The notes under the pieces: model-generated
Seen by the model: the letters and a program-made list of their open reading frames with translations, nothing else
Told to the model about the DNA's origin: nothing
Database searches by the model: none
Part shown: positions 12,421-24,497 of the stretch, piece by piece
Position numbering within the stretch: position 1 is the stretch's first letter
Layout: each line of letters begins with the position of its first letter
NCBI RefSeq assembly: GCF_001194135.2
Contig: NC_068981.1
Span: 85,780,976-85,844,975 of the forward strand
Length of the DNA stretch: 64,000 nt
Source: Octopus bimaculoides
Taxonomy: Eukaryota
Direction: 5' to 3'
Program-made: the position numbers and the translations under genes

Positions 12421-12784
12421 GTAAAATAATATCAGTTATAAGTATTTGTCTGATTCATGCTAGCATGGTAAAAGAAAATGGATGTAAAACAAAGGTATTC
12501 CACACCGGGGGAACATAACTTGAATGTAGACAGCAACAAAACATAATTTAGTAATTTTATTATTTGTTCGTTTTTATATCCTTTTCTCCATGCTAGCATG
12601 GATTAAGAATTTATTGTACATGTCTTTGAAGGTACAAAGCTGGTGGGCAATTTCAACAAGAGAAATGGCAGCAATGTCATCACCTGTAACTGAGCAATTT
12701 TCAGAGAAATGCTAATGTAAACAAACGCACAGACACCAATACTTGTATGCACTCATACACATGCGTGCATGCATGCATGCATGC

Positions 12785-12846
12785 ATACATACATACATAC
12801 ATACATACATACATACATACATACATACATACATACATACATACAT
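12785..12846. repeat. (CATA)n microsatellite
   Basis: Directly visible. Confidence 0.95.
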
Positions 12847-12847
12847 A

Positions 12848-13000
12848 GGCTCAGGCATGGCTAGATGGTTAAGAAGTTTGTTTCCCAACATATGATTTCA
12901 AGTTCAGTCCCTTGTGCAAGTGTCCTCTACTACAGAGTTGGACCAACAAAGTCTTGTGAATGAATTTAGTACATAGAAACTGATAGAAACCTGTCATGTA
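12848..13000 (+). mobile_element. SINE family A, degraded 5' half
   Basis: ggttaagaagtttgtttcccaacatatg...ttcagtcccttgtgcaagtgtcctctactacag. Confidence 0.65.
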
Positions 13001-13229
13001 TGTATGTCTCTGTGTCTGTATACATATATATGCACGCGGGTGAGTCAGAAAGTAATGCAATTTTATGCACATGCATACGTACATACATACATTATTGTAC
13101 ACGCCTTTGAAGCTATAAAGCTGGTGGGTAATCTCCCGACAAAGGAAATTACACATACAACATGACTCGAATACAGACATGTTGGCATAAAGGTCTGTTC
13201 ATTCTTCCACATTATGAATGTTATCCTCT

Positions 13230-15905
13230 CTAAAAGTTTTGCCATTGACACAAGTCTGGTAAAAGAAATGGTTATCTTTGAATAAATGCGAAGAAACAAC
13301 CCTTTTTGAAAATACTGTAGCAATAATCAAAAGTAAAATATATACCACGTTCTACAGGGAAATTCTTATGACACTTTAAAAAACCAATGGACGTTGAGCT
13401 AGATATACCAGATTGGCTGACGATTGCACGGACTACCCCTTTCCCCAAGAACAAAAAGACCACATGTGACCAAAAACTATAGGCTTATAGCATGCTTGAA
13501 TATTATGTACAAACTGTATACAGGTTGTCCGAATATGTTTCTCTAAGACCACTGCCAAATAAATGGTGTAATAACTGGTGAACAGGCAGGAGGAAAGAAA
13601 GGAATCCGGGGCTGTGCTGAACAACTCTTCAACAAAGCTGTCCTTAAGGAAGCCAAGTTACAATGTCGTAATCTCTTAACAATGTGGTTAGACTATAAGA
13701 GGATGATAAAATTACTATACCCTGCCAAAGTACCACTTGCTATAAGTGAATGTCATTGAAAGATTAACCACAATATGGTCCACAGTTATCACTGACAACT
13801 ACTAAAGGAACACTTATTGTTACAAACAAAAGTAAGCTATCAAGTCTGGTAAAAGAAATGGTTATCTTTGAATGAATGCGAAGAAACAACCCGTTTTGAA
13901 AATACTGTAGCAATAATCAGAAGTAAAATATATACCACGTTCTACAGGGAAATTCTTATGACACTTAAAAAAAACAATAGACGTTGAGCTAGACATACCA
14001 GCAACACATACTAAAGCAACACTTATTGTTACAAACAGAATTAAGCTATCAACAGGCATATTCCAGGGTAATAGTTTATCTGTAACGTTTGTATTGGTTG
14101 TGAACTCCTTGCCAGCCCCGTTGTCAAAATGCTAAGGTTACATGCTGGGGTATGCAGAAAAGAACAGAATTAATGTTACTCACACATTTTTTATTGATGA
14201 CCTAAAGTTATATTCTGGTAATATGAGCAACATCAGGAGACATTTAGAATTAGTCATACATCCTAGGAGTGGAGTTTGGGCAAGATAAATGCTCATACAT
14301 GACAGTCAATCGACTTCATGTATGACAGTCGACCAGACTGACAACATGTACATCAGTGGCTTGACTATCTTCCCTATCCCTAATAATGAAAACTACGAGT
14401 GTCTCGAAATCGATGAGAATGTTGCCTGCGTCGGTGCTGTGACTGAAGCCAGAATAACAAAAGACTTCAATAGACTCCGGAAAATATGGAACTCGGGGCT
14501 GTCTGCACTTAACAAGACCATATATCCCGTTTTTGCAATGCCAGTGTTAGGATATTAGACTGGACACTCGATGAGATATGTATCCCGGACAACACTGGCA
14601 ACTTCCACATCAATAGTGACACCGACAGAATCTGTGAAACGAAGCGATGGCGGTAGAGGTATAAGGCCATTCCAAACAGCCTTTGAATGTCGTATTGTAT
14701 CAGTCAGACAACATTCGCTGAATAGTAAAGAAAAACATGAGTACTTTCTATGCATACTCGAAAATGAGAGCTACATCTTCAGAGTTGGAGAATTACTGAG
14801 CCGGTACTCTGAAAACACAACTGTCTCATGCGACCCAAAGGAGGCTGAACTGGCCTGCCTAAACAGAAGCTTGGAGGAGAAGTAGGCATCATGCCAGTAA
14901 AGAGCAATGCATGGGTACATATCCTGTCAGTTAGAAGATAACAGCATTGACAGGAAAAGTAGCCTCTCCTGGACCTGTGATAGATACATTACATGCCAAC
15001 TAGAAGGATATGCCCTCGCTATCCAGGAACAGGAGATAGCTACTACATGCCTGATGAACTAGAGAGACAAAGATATCACTAAACCTCCAAGTTGTTATAA
15101 AAATGTTGGCTCTACTGTACCAGTGTGGAAGATATCACCCACTTCAACAGCAGCTGCCCCAAAATATTTACAAAATACTACTTGCCCCTGAGGCATGAAT
15201 AGACGCAAATATAAGGTGTTCAAAAAGTCTCTCCACAGTAAGTATTTTATTGCAAAATGAATATTTATAAGATGGTATAAGACTACAAAAGAATATATTG
15301 GTATAAGACTACAAAAGAATATATTGAACTTTACAAGACTTTAAAAAAAAAAACTTTATAAGAGGTGTTGAAAGTGTCCTCCTTCATTTTCAATACATAA
15401 GTTGACTATTCTACACATGTTTTGAAAGGAGGCGAACTGGCAGAAACGTTAGCACGCCGGGCGAAATACTTAGCGGTATTTCAGAGTTCAAATTCCGCCG
15501 AGGTCCACTTTGCCTTTCATCCTTTCGGGGTCGATTAAATAAGTGCCAGTTACGCAACTGGGGTCGATATAATCGACTTAATCCGTTTGTCTATCCTTGT
15601 TGATCCCCTCTGTGTGTAGCCTCTTTTGGGTAGTAGAGAAATAACACATGTTTTGAAATACATCAAGATGATAAAAAAAAAATCACTGCGGAGAGACTTT
15701 TTAACACCCTGTACTATCTACAACACTATCCACGAAAAGGATTGCCCTGACGTATACACCAAAAGCATGTCAGAAGCAGCATGTATTCACACCTTACTGG
15801 TGGAACAGTCCAATGAAAACAACAATTCGGTGAAGACATAAGACCTGATATTGTTATACGGGGTAAGGAACAAAAGTCATGCACTGTTGTAGAGGTAAGC
15901 TGCCA
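13230..15905 (+). mobile_element. Degraded, internally rearranged R4-like REL LINE (copy 1)
   Basis: Decayed RT motifs (NYRLIACLNIMYKLYTG, EQAGGKKG, MWLDYK, TGIFQG, FFIDDLKLY), a decayed CCHC region near 15100-15170 and REL-like RPDIVIRGKEQKSCTVVEVSC at 15840-15905. Colinear with copy 2. Internal duplication of 13249-13410 at 13839-14000. Confidence 0.85.
15428..15635 (+). mobile_element. tRNA-derived SINE family B inserted in R4-like copy 1
   Basis: ggcgaactggcagaaacgttagcacgccgggcgaaat...gagttcaaattccgccgaggtccactttgcctttcatcctttcggggtcga. Confidence 0.9.
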
Positions 15906-15959
15906 GACTTCATTCACCCGATATAGATAGTAATATTTTTTTCAAGACTGGGAAACATC

Positions 15960-17744
15960 TATAACATGTAGATATACATTCTGGTATAGACAGTATTCTT
16001 TTCTGCCATTGTTAAAGTTTGTGATTAGTGTTCGGCGGAATTATCGAAAGAACATCACTTGCTTTTGCTTTGTCTACTGCCTCTAGTGTTGCATAAGACT
16101 TACCGTCGTCTATGGTAAACAAAATCTTGTGGAAGAATATGTAATGTAAGTGATGTATGAAGTGATACACGTATTGTATAAACAATTCCTCATTTGTCCA
16201 CACTGATCTGGCAACAGTTCCTGTGGATCACAATGGACACCTCCAATGAAATGTTCTTCGTGTTTGATTGGTAGGCAGTGTCTACATAGGGAGAGTTCAG
16301 CAGGTGTATCAATATGGGACTCGGAGAGCCAAGGCAGGGTCCTTGGCTTTTTACTGAGTTCCTCTCATCAAAGTTCATTTTAATATTGAGGGGTCCTCTG
16401 CCCTTAGGGCCCGAATGCTGTCTTGTTCTGCATTGCTTGATTTCTTTCTAAGGCCCTGCTTACAGCAATCTGAACACGAAGACGCAATACGCTCGCCAAT
16501 TGCAATGAACTGCAATAAACTCATGTTTATTGTAATCAACCACTGTTATAAGCCATCTTTTCCGCCCGATGTTATAGAAACAACTTCCTTAATCCCTCTT
16601 TCATTTACGATGATACTTGGATTCTGTTATATAGTACAACCTATTTCATCCATATAGAATATGCCTTGTACATGTTCATAAATTGGTATAAATTGGTCAA
16701 TTGTCTGCCGAGTGTATGTTGATGATCTCGTTAAAATTATTGCTTCTAGAGTTCAAATTGCAAGGTTCAAACATTTTAAAAATCACAACCAGAATGCTTC
16801 ACGAGCTTTATTGTTAATCCTCCAACTTTCAGGTTGTTGAAATTGTTTTGAATGACATATTTATATGCTAAGCTGCAACATTTATCTTGAGATATAATTA
16901 GCTGCGAAGATTTTTTTATACGCATGATTAACATCAATCTCTAGAAAAATTCTACATTACGTAAATTGCAATTCATTTCATTGTTAAGAATAAAGGGAAC
17001 CTAAGGGTTCTGTTTGTGCTTAACAATATAGTGTATTACCATTTGATTAACATAGAAGTCTGTTGTGGACAACGTAGAACGGCTACCGGAGTCACATGAA
17101 CAGTATCTGCTACAAATTGGAGAATATCTGCAGTCTACCACACTCTCTATTACTTTTGTATTCTTACTGCATCGTGTTTTAAAATGACAGCAAATTCACA
17201 TGAATTACTTGTGAGCAATATATATAAAGTAAAAGTGTTGGGCCACGAAAGAGGAGGTTTGAGCTTCTGACCAACTCTCCTCACGAACTGCAGTTCGACA
17301 CTTCTAAAGGCAGTTCATTTTAAAACTAGGCTTGGATTTCAAGGAAACTGGCATGAAACCGAATCAATATATCATGATAAGAGAACATTTTGCTAGACTG
17401 CATAATGCAAAAATTGCAATGAAGCTAATTTACTGTGAAAGAAAAGAAACATATCTGTCCTACTTACTCGTATATCTGCTTTTCATTGAAAGTAATTGGT
17501 TCATGAGTACTTACCTTTAACAAAATGGTGACGTTCACTATTCGCAGACGGTAGCTGTAAATACTTCCATTACTATAAATTGTTGATTGAACTAGAGGTT
17601 CAGCCCTCCAGGGTTTCCTCTTCTGCTGTTACAATCTCAGAAGCTTAGGTATCATGAACTTTGGTTGTGAGAGGAATATAGACGGATACACCTAGAAGGA
17701 CGGTTTCGCTTAGCTGTTCTAAAGTGTATGATTATGCACAGTAG
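15960..17744 (-). mobile_element. Highly degraded Penelope-like element
   Basis: On the - strand: RT-like LFTIDDGKSYATL (16101-16122), a NAEQDSIRALRAEDPSIL-type pre-RT segment, and a GIY-YIG-tail-like GNPGGLN at 17598-17618 upstream of them. Confidence 0.5.
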
Positions 17745-18472
17745 NNNNNNNNNNNNNNNNNNNNNNNNNNNNNNNNNNNNNNNNNNNNNNNNNNNNNNNN
17801 NNNNNNNNNNNNNNNNNNNNNNNNNNNNNNNNNNNNNNNNNNNNNNNNNNNNNNNNNNNNNNNNNNNNNNNNNNNNNNNNNNNNNNNNNNNNNNNNNNNN
17901 NNNNNNNNNNNNNNNNNNNNNNNNNNNNNNNNNNNNNNNNNNNNNNNNNNNNNNNNNNNNNNNNNNNNNNNNNNNNNNNNNNNNNNNNNNNNNNNNNNNN
18001 NNNNNNNNNNNNNNNNNNNNNNNNNNNNNNNNNNNNNNNNNNNNNNNNNNNNNNNNNNNNNNNNNNNNNNNNNNNNNNNNNNNNNNNNNNNNNNNNNNNN
18101 NNNNNNNNNNNNNNNNNNNNNNNNNNNNNNNNNNNNNNNNNNNNNNNNNNNNNNNNNNNNNNNNNNNNNNNNNNNNNNNNNNNNNNNNNNNNNNNNNNNN
18201 NNNNNNNNNNNNNNNNNNNNNNNNNNNNNNNNNNNNNNNNNNNNNNNNNNNNNNNNNNNNNNNNNNNNNNNNNNNNNNNNNNNNNNNNNNNNNNNNNNNN
18301 NNNNNNNNNNNNNNNNNNNNNNNNNNNNNNNNNNNNNNNNNNNNNNNNNNNNNNNNNNNNNNNNNNNNNNNNNNNNNNNNNNNNNNNNNNNNNNNNNNNN
18401 NNNNNNNNNNNNNNNNNNNNNNNNNNNNNNNNNNNNNNNNNNNNNNNNNNNNNNNNNNNNNNNNNNNNNNNN

Positions 18473-20825
18473 ATATTACAGGTATTTAGAAACAGGTAAT
18501 ACGAGAAAGTGCAGCATTGACGACAAAACATTGTGGAGTCAATTTTAAAGCTTTGCAGAAACGACAATTTGAGTTTAGCTCACCAATTTGGACATAATTA
18601 TCATTTTTATAATAATGGGATGGATCATATCTAAAAGCAGCTCCAAGTGTTGTGAAGAACGAATTTGTACGTGGTTTGTTTCTGAGAGTTATTCTATTGG
18701 ATCTCTGTGTATTCTAGTGTGCTAAACATTGTTTTAATGATTCAACATTAAGTGCTGCAGCATGCCTTTGCTGATCTTAGGAAAGTGTCATCTCCCTTCT
18801 CTCTTGAGACTGACGTGCTGCAGCATGCCTTTGATGATTTTGAGAAATTCTCGTCTCCCTTCTATCTTGAGATTCCATCTGACGTGCTTATTTCTTGAGA
18901 CTCTTGCTTTCGGTTTTCTGCAATCCTCCTTGCTTGATAGGTGTTTCTGGAGAGATTATGTTTTTTCTTTGGTGGCATATTTTTTTTTCAATATTGTAAA
19001 CAAAGAATTATGAAAATATGAAAAAATATACATTAATCTGTATTTTTGTAAGCAGTTGTATGTATGTAGTATGCCTGTATTTTTGTATGCAGTGTAAACC
19101 AAATATAAGCAAATTGTAAATACCTTGCAACCTTGAAACTGCTTTGATAATTATGAACTGGTAATTGAACGGTAGATGTGTATTTCTATATACCTTGGAC
19201 GTGCTATCTAATTGTTTTTTCTCAAGAGTTTCGCCTCCAGCCGGTTTCGTCACATGTATATGTATGTGTAGATGTGTGTGTGTTTAATAACGTGCGCCAC
19301 GAACGCGCAGATACCTACACACTCACAGACACATATACACTCACAGACACATACACATTCATATGCAAAATGTGATGATACTCACATGTCCACTCTCACA
19401 TACGGTCACATACATATAGGAAGAGAGACACATACATATAGGAAGAGAGACACGTAAAAACGAACATTCACGCATGTCATTCGTCACATATGTATATGTA
19501 TGTGTAGATGTGTGTATGTTTAATAACGTACCCACCGCAGAAACGCACACAGAGTCACAGAGACTCATACACCCATACACATACACTCACAGACACATAT
19601 ACACTCATATACAAAAGGTGACGTCGTTCTCGTCGTGTTATAAAATGTCCTTTACTATCTCGTACGTATCGAACGCGCAAACACACAGACACATACACAC
19701 TCATATAAAATGTTCTGTACTATATAAAATGTCCTGTACTATGTCTATGAAATGTTACATTATTTTAATGGAAATGAAAAATTACATATTGACAGTTGTG
19801 GGGTGTAATACAATATAGTATGAATGACACACAGACACATACATTCACGCATGTCAGACGTCACATATGTAAATGTATATCTAGATGTGTGTGTGTGTGT
19901 ATGTTGAATAACGTCTCTAACGCGGAAACACACTCAGACACATACATTCACAGACACATAGACACTCATATACAAAATGTGACGTTGTCGTCGAACGCGG
20001 AAGCAAACACATACTGACAGACACATACACATTCATACACTCACACACATACACTGACAGACACATACACTGACAGACACATACACTGACAGACACATAC
20101 ACACTCATATACAAAATGTGACGGTGTCGTTGTCGTCGTCGTGGTATAAAATGTCCTGTACTATATTTGACTACAGAAAGATTATAAAATGTTATATTTG
20201 TTTTAATCGAAATGAAAAAAAATTACATGTTGACACTCATGGGGTGTGATACTATTACCTTGTAAAATTTGATTTGATTTGGTGGAGCCGTTTGAGAATG
20301 CATTAGGAACAGACAGATATACAGAGAGATAAAGAATTATATATATATATATATATAGATTAAGAAATTTATCTATAATAATTATTGTGGCATTTGCTGT
20401 TAAATTAACAGTCCATACATATATGTATATATTAAGCACATGTGTTAAATGTTAATTTAAGGGTTAATATTAAATACCTGTAAATACCTGTAAATACCTT
20501 GCAACCGCTGCGATAATTATTAACTGGTAATTGAACGGTAAATGTGCATTTTTATATACCTTGGAATTAGTGTTATCACATTGGAATTAAAAGTAAAACA
20601 ATAAAAGTGAAGCAATATTCACTTTTGACACGTAATACCGAACCAGTTTAAAATATTGCTCTGGGCCCGAATTAGGCAAGAAGTTGGAAATTTGTTTGGT
20701 TCATGACATTCCTTGGACCCTAAGTAATGCATGAGTAAAATTTGAATGAAATCGGTTAGATACTTCCCGAGTTTTAGGGATTCATACACACAGACACACA
20801 TTCTCAGTTTTATATATATAGAAGA
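18473..20825 (-). mobile_element. Helitron 5' part with degraded RepHel N-terminus; the rest runs into the gap
   Basis: 5' terminus A|TCttctatatatataaaa at 20825. ATG at 18978 gives MPPKKKHNLSRNTYQARRIAENRKQESQE, then charged repeats (SQDRRETRISQNHQRHAAAR), then AAFRYDPSHY...VQIGELNSNCRFCKALK, typical of Helitron protein N-termini. Confidence 0.8.
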
Positions 20826-21093
20826 TATCCGTCAACGAGTTATTAAACATGCAAACTTCATGGTTTGTGGTTGCTGTTGTTTAGTTCCCTGGAGCAGACC
20901 TTTGGTCAGAAACAACCCAATAGTGACTATCCGGTCTAATTAAGGACATGTAGGACTAAGTTATCTAATGTGTCCTGGTCTTATTAATAAGACTAGCATG
21001 GTTTGAGGGAGATTTAGTTGCTGTTTGTAATAGATCGAGTGTTTCATAGAAACTCTTTAGTTGGCTCGTAACTTTGTATGTGAATAGTTAGAG

Positions 21094-21433
21094 CAGGGGT
21101 CGGAGAACTTTTTTTAACCAATTACCCCCAAATATATTTATTTACACCGACGCTACCCCCTTGATTTGAAAGGAAAAAAAAATCATAGATTCTTTGAATT
21201 CAAAAGGTTTATTGATTCTATTTTATTGAATCTATTTTATTGAATCTATTCATATGAATCTATTTACATTTCCATTACATTGGACAGATGCAATGTTGCC
21301 AGAAGAAAAATTTCTGTCGTAACAAGGAACACGTTTTTTTACGTAATTCTACTTATGTCTAATGAGTTTTCATACCCCAAAATTTCATTTTTACCCCACT
21401 TAGGGTAATTTACTCCGGTTCGCCGACCCCCTG
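21094..21433. mobile_element. hAT-type MITE (340 bp)
   Basis: TIRs CAGGGGTCGGAGAAC / GTTCGCCGACCCCCTG; 8-bp flanks agttagag / ggttatag (6/8 match). Confidence 0.8.
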
Positions 21434-21461
21434 GGTTATAGTGATAATAGTTCAAGTCATG

Positions 21462-21520
21462 CACGGTCAACCTTTTCGGGAAGCGGGCCGCATGAAACAT
21501 GACTCATCGGGCGGAACACA
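21462..21520. mobile_element. Fragment of a second hAT MITE family (as at 33972-34119)
   Basis: caaccttttcgggaagcgggccgcatgaaacatgactc resembles the reverse complement of 34070-34110. Confidence 0.5.
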
Positions 21521-22154
21521 CTTTTAAAACAATTCAAGGTAATTTTTCGTTATGCTTATCGTTTAGAAAGTCCCGCGGGTGACAGTTTTCCTATGGCTGA
21601 TCTAAGCAGACTTCAAGTGAAATTACCACCAGTCATGACATTAACTCTGGAGTTTACTCGCAACTATGCGGCGTTTACCGCTGGCACTATAACAATTGTT
21701 TCTTTTATTTAAAAAATAAATTTCCTTCTTTTACACCAAGAACGCTGGTTATTTTAATGGAAGAATTAGATAGGGCAAATAAATCCTCTGAATGTTAAAA
21801 CGATGCAACAGAATATTTGGCAAAATAACGGTTTATGTTTTCAGCTTCAGTTTTTACCGCATACGTTTCTTTTCTCATAAATGATTCCTTTATCAGATGT
21901 AGTAATAATTTATAGGCATAAAATCAAAGTTGATACAAAGTGGGATTGGGGGAAAAACCCGATGATTATAAATTAGGAAAGTAATTAGAGGCTCAATCAC
22001 AAACATTTTGTTAGTTAAAGTGGTAGAATTCTTTAGAAATGTTAGTAGAAGATATCCATAAGTCAACTATTCAGGTTTTATCTATTCTACTGTGTTAAAA
22101 TTGCGGAAACGAAAATAAAAAGGTGATTTAAATTAAAGCTTATCTTTAATACAG

Positions 22155-22375
22155 GTTTCAAATTTTGGCACAAAACCAGCAATTTGGTGGGAGAGCATAA
22201 ATCGATTACATCGAGCCTAGTGCACGACTGGTATTTATTTTACTGACCCCGAAAAAATATAAGGCAAAGTTGACCTCGACGGAATTTTATGTCAGAACAT
22301 AAAGATGGACGAAATGCCGCTACGGCTTTTGCCCGGCGCGGTAACGATTTTGCCAGCTCGTCACTTGAAGCCAGT
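22155..22375 (-). mobile_element. SINE family B
   Basis: ggtttcaaattttggcacaaaaccagcaattt...aaggcaaagttgacctcgacggaattt...gccagctcgtc. Confidence 0.9.
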
Positions 22376-22659
22376 CTTTAATATTGATCAGATATGATGA
22401 TGATACACATAGAGGCGCACGCGTGCGTTGATAATGAGCTGAAAGAAAGAGTATTTAATACAATGAATTCTTTAACGGAATTTACATTAAATTTCTAGTA
22501 CCAGTAGTTTCATGCTAGCGGGCTTTGCAGGTTAACCTTGTAGTATGAAACCACTGGCACTAGAAATAAAGTGTGAGTGTGAGTGTGCGTGAATGTGTGA
22601 GTGTGCGTGAATGTGTGAGTGTGTGTGTATATTTGTAGATAAGTAACTAGACAGACAGA

Positions 22660-22680
22660 CAAATATATAAACAGAGAGAC

Positions 22681-22711
<31 letters not shown>

Positions 22712-22734
22712 TAGACAAACAGATAGATAAATAA

Positions 22735-22793
<59 letters not shown>
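22660..22793. repeat. (GACA)n/(GATA)n microsatellite
   Basis: Directly visible. Confidence 0.95.
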
Positions 22794-22954
22794 TTTCAAT
22801 GAAAAGGCTGAAATCTACGTCGAAGTTTTGGATATGTAGCTTTTATCGCACAGTCCGATGAAGGCTACATTTCGGAAACTCTGAAGTAAAATAAATTGTT
22901 GTGCTGCTGAAAGGTGTTGAGTGATCCTTTAATTTAATATTTGGTGATTTTAAT

Positions 22955-23347
22955 ATGTGGTAAGAAGCTAGCTTCTCAACCATATGGTTCCGTGTTCAGT
23001 TCCACTGCATGGCACCTTGGGTAAGTATCTTCTACTATAGCCTCAGGCGACCAAAGTTTTGTGAGTGGATTTGGTAGACAGAAACTGAAAGAAGCCCGTT
23101 GTATATATATGTATATATCTATGTGTGTGTGTCTTTGCGTCTGTGTTTGTCCCCCACTTGACAACCAGTGTTGGTGTGCTTACGTCCCCGTAACTTAACA
23201 GTTCAGTAAAAGAGACAGATAGAATAAGTACTGGATTAAAACATAAGTCCTGGGTTTGGTTTTACCCTAAAACCCTTCAAGGCAGTGCCCTAGCATGGGC
23301 CGTAGTCAAATGACTGAAACAAGTAAGAAAAAATAAAAGAATAAAAG
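22955..23347 (+). mobile_element. SINE family A, near full length
   Basis: Colinear with 11297-11690. Confidence 0.9.
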
Positions 23348-23460
23348 AACTATGCCTGAAAACACGAATAGAACATTATGTCATCACTGTAGANNNNNNN
23401 NNNTTTTAGTAGTTTATTGTATGGTAAACGAAAGACAGTTATATATAATATATTCTCTAA

Positions 23461-23672
23461 TTTGTTTCAGTCATTTGATTGTGGCCTTGCTGGAGCACCG
23501 CTTTAAAGGGTTATAGTCGAAGAAATCGACCGCAGGACTTATTCTTTGTAAACCTAGCTCTTATTCTCTCGTCTCTTTTGTCGAACAGCTAAGTCATGGG
23601 GACGTAAACACACCAACACCAGTTGTCAAACGGTGGTGGGGGATGAACACAGACACAAAGTCACACACACAC
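23461..23672 (-). mobile_element. SINE family A, 3' half
   Basis: ttgtttcagtcatttgattgtggccttgctggagcaccgc... is the reverse complement of the family A 3' half. Confidence 0.88.
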
Positions 23673-23673
23673 A

Positions 23674-24497
23674 TCTATATATATAAATAGCAATTTCTGT
23701 CTACCTGTCTGTCTGTTATCATCTTAGTGCTTAAAATACCGAACCAATATTCACTAAACTTTGCATACATGTTACACTAACATCCAGTTCAATAATAGGC
23801 TAATTGGATTTCAATAAAAATCTATAATAGACCCTCTAGGGAGAAGGCTGTAGCACGTGTTTACGAATCAGCTACGATAAGCTACGATACACGATAACGC
23901 CAGCTATAATACGCAGACTATTTGTTTTTGTATTTGTAAATCTATTTATCTAATTTATTTTACTCAGATGTATATTTGTTTGTTAAAATAATATAGGGAC
24001 ATTCCTTATTCACCCACTAATCGAATTGATAGTTTGTAACACCTATTTCTAGCAATAAGTTATTACCATAATCGACGGGTTGGGCATAAAGACGGGAACT
24101 GAACAGGAAACGGAATAGGACATGAAACAGTGTAATGGTAAACGGGAACTGGGGATAACCTCCGCTTTCCCAGTATTACTGGTCAGCTCATTAATTTTAC
24201 TCAGATGCACATTCGTTTGTTAAAATAATATAGGGACATTCCTTACTCATCCACTAATCGTATTAATAGTTTGTAATACCTATTTTTAGCAATAAACTAT
24301 TACCATAAAGATTAATGAAATATTTAATGACTTAATTAGACCTAATTGATTCTAAAATTTATATATTAACATAGGATTGCGGATAGGAATGGGAGCAGAA
24401 CTAAAATGAGAACGGGATAGAACATGAAACAGTGTAATAGGAAAAGGAACTGGAAATAACCCCTGCTTTTCCAGGTATTACCGGGTAATTCAGCTTG
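23674..24497 (+). mobile_element. Non-autonomous Helitron with an internal ~250-bp tandem duplication
   Basis: 5' A|TCtatatatataaatag at 23674. 3' ...ccaggtattaccgggtaattcagCTTG|T (degenerate CTAG), related to the terminus at 55022-55058. Internal units at about 23950-24190 and 24195-24497. Confidence 0.75.

Noticed and set aside
22855-22887. Hammerhead-like ccgatgaagg...cggaaac
   Set aside because: The core has CCGA instead of CUGA, and stems I and II do not pair convincingly.
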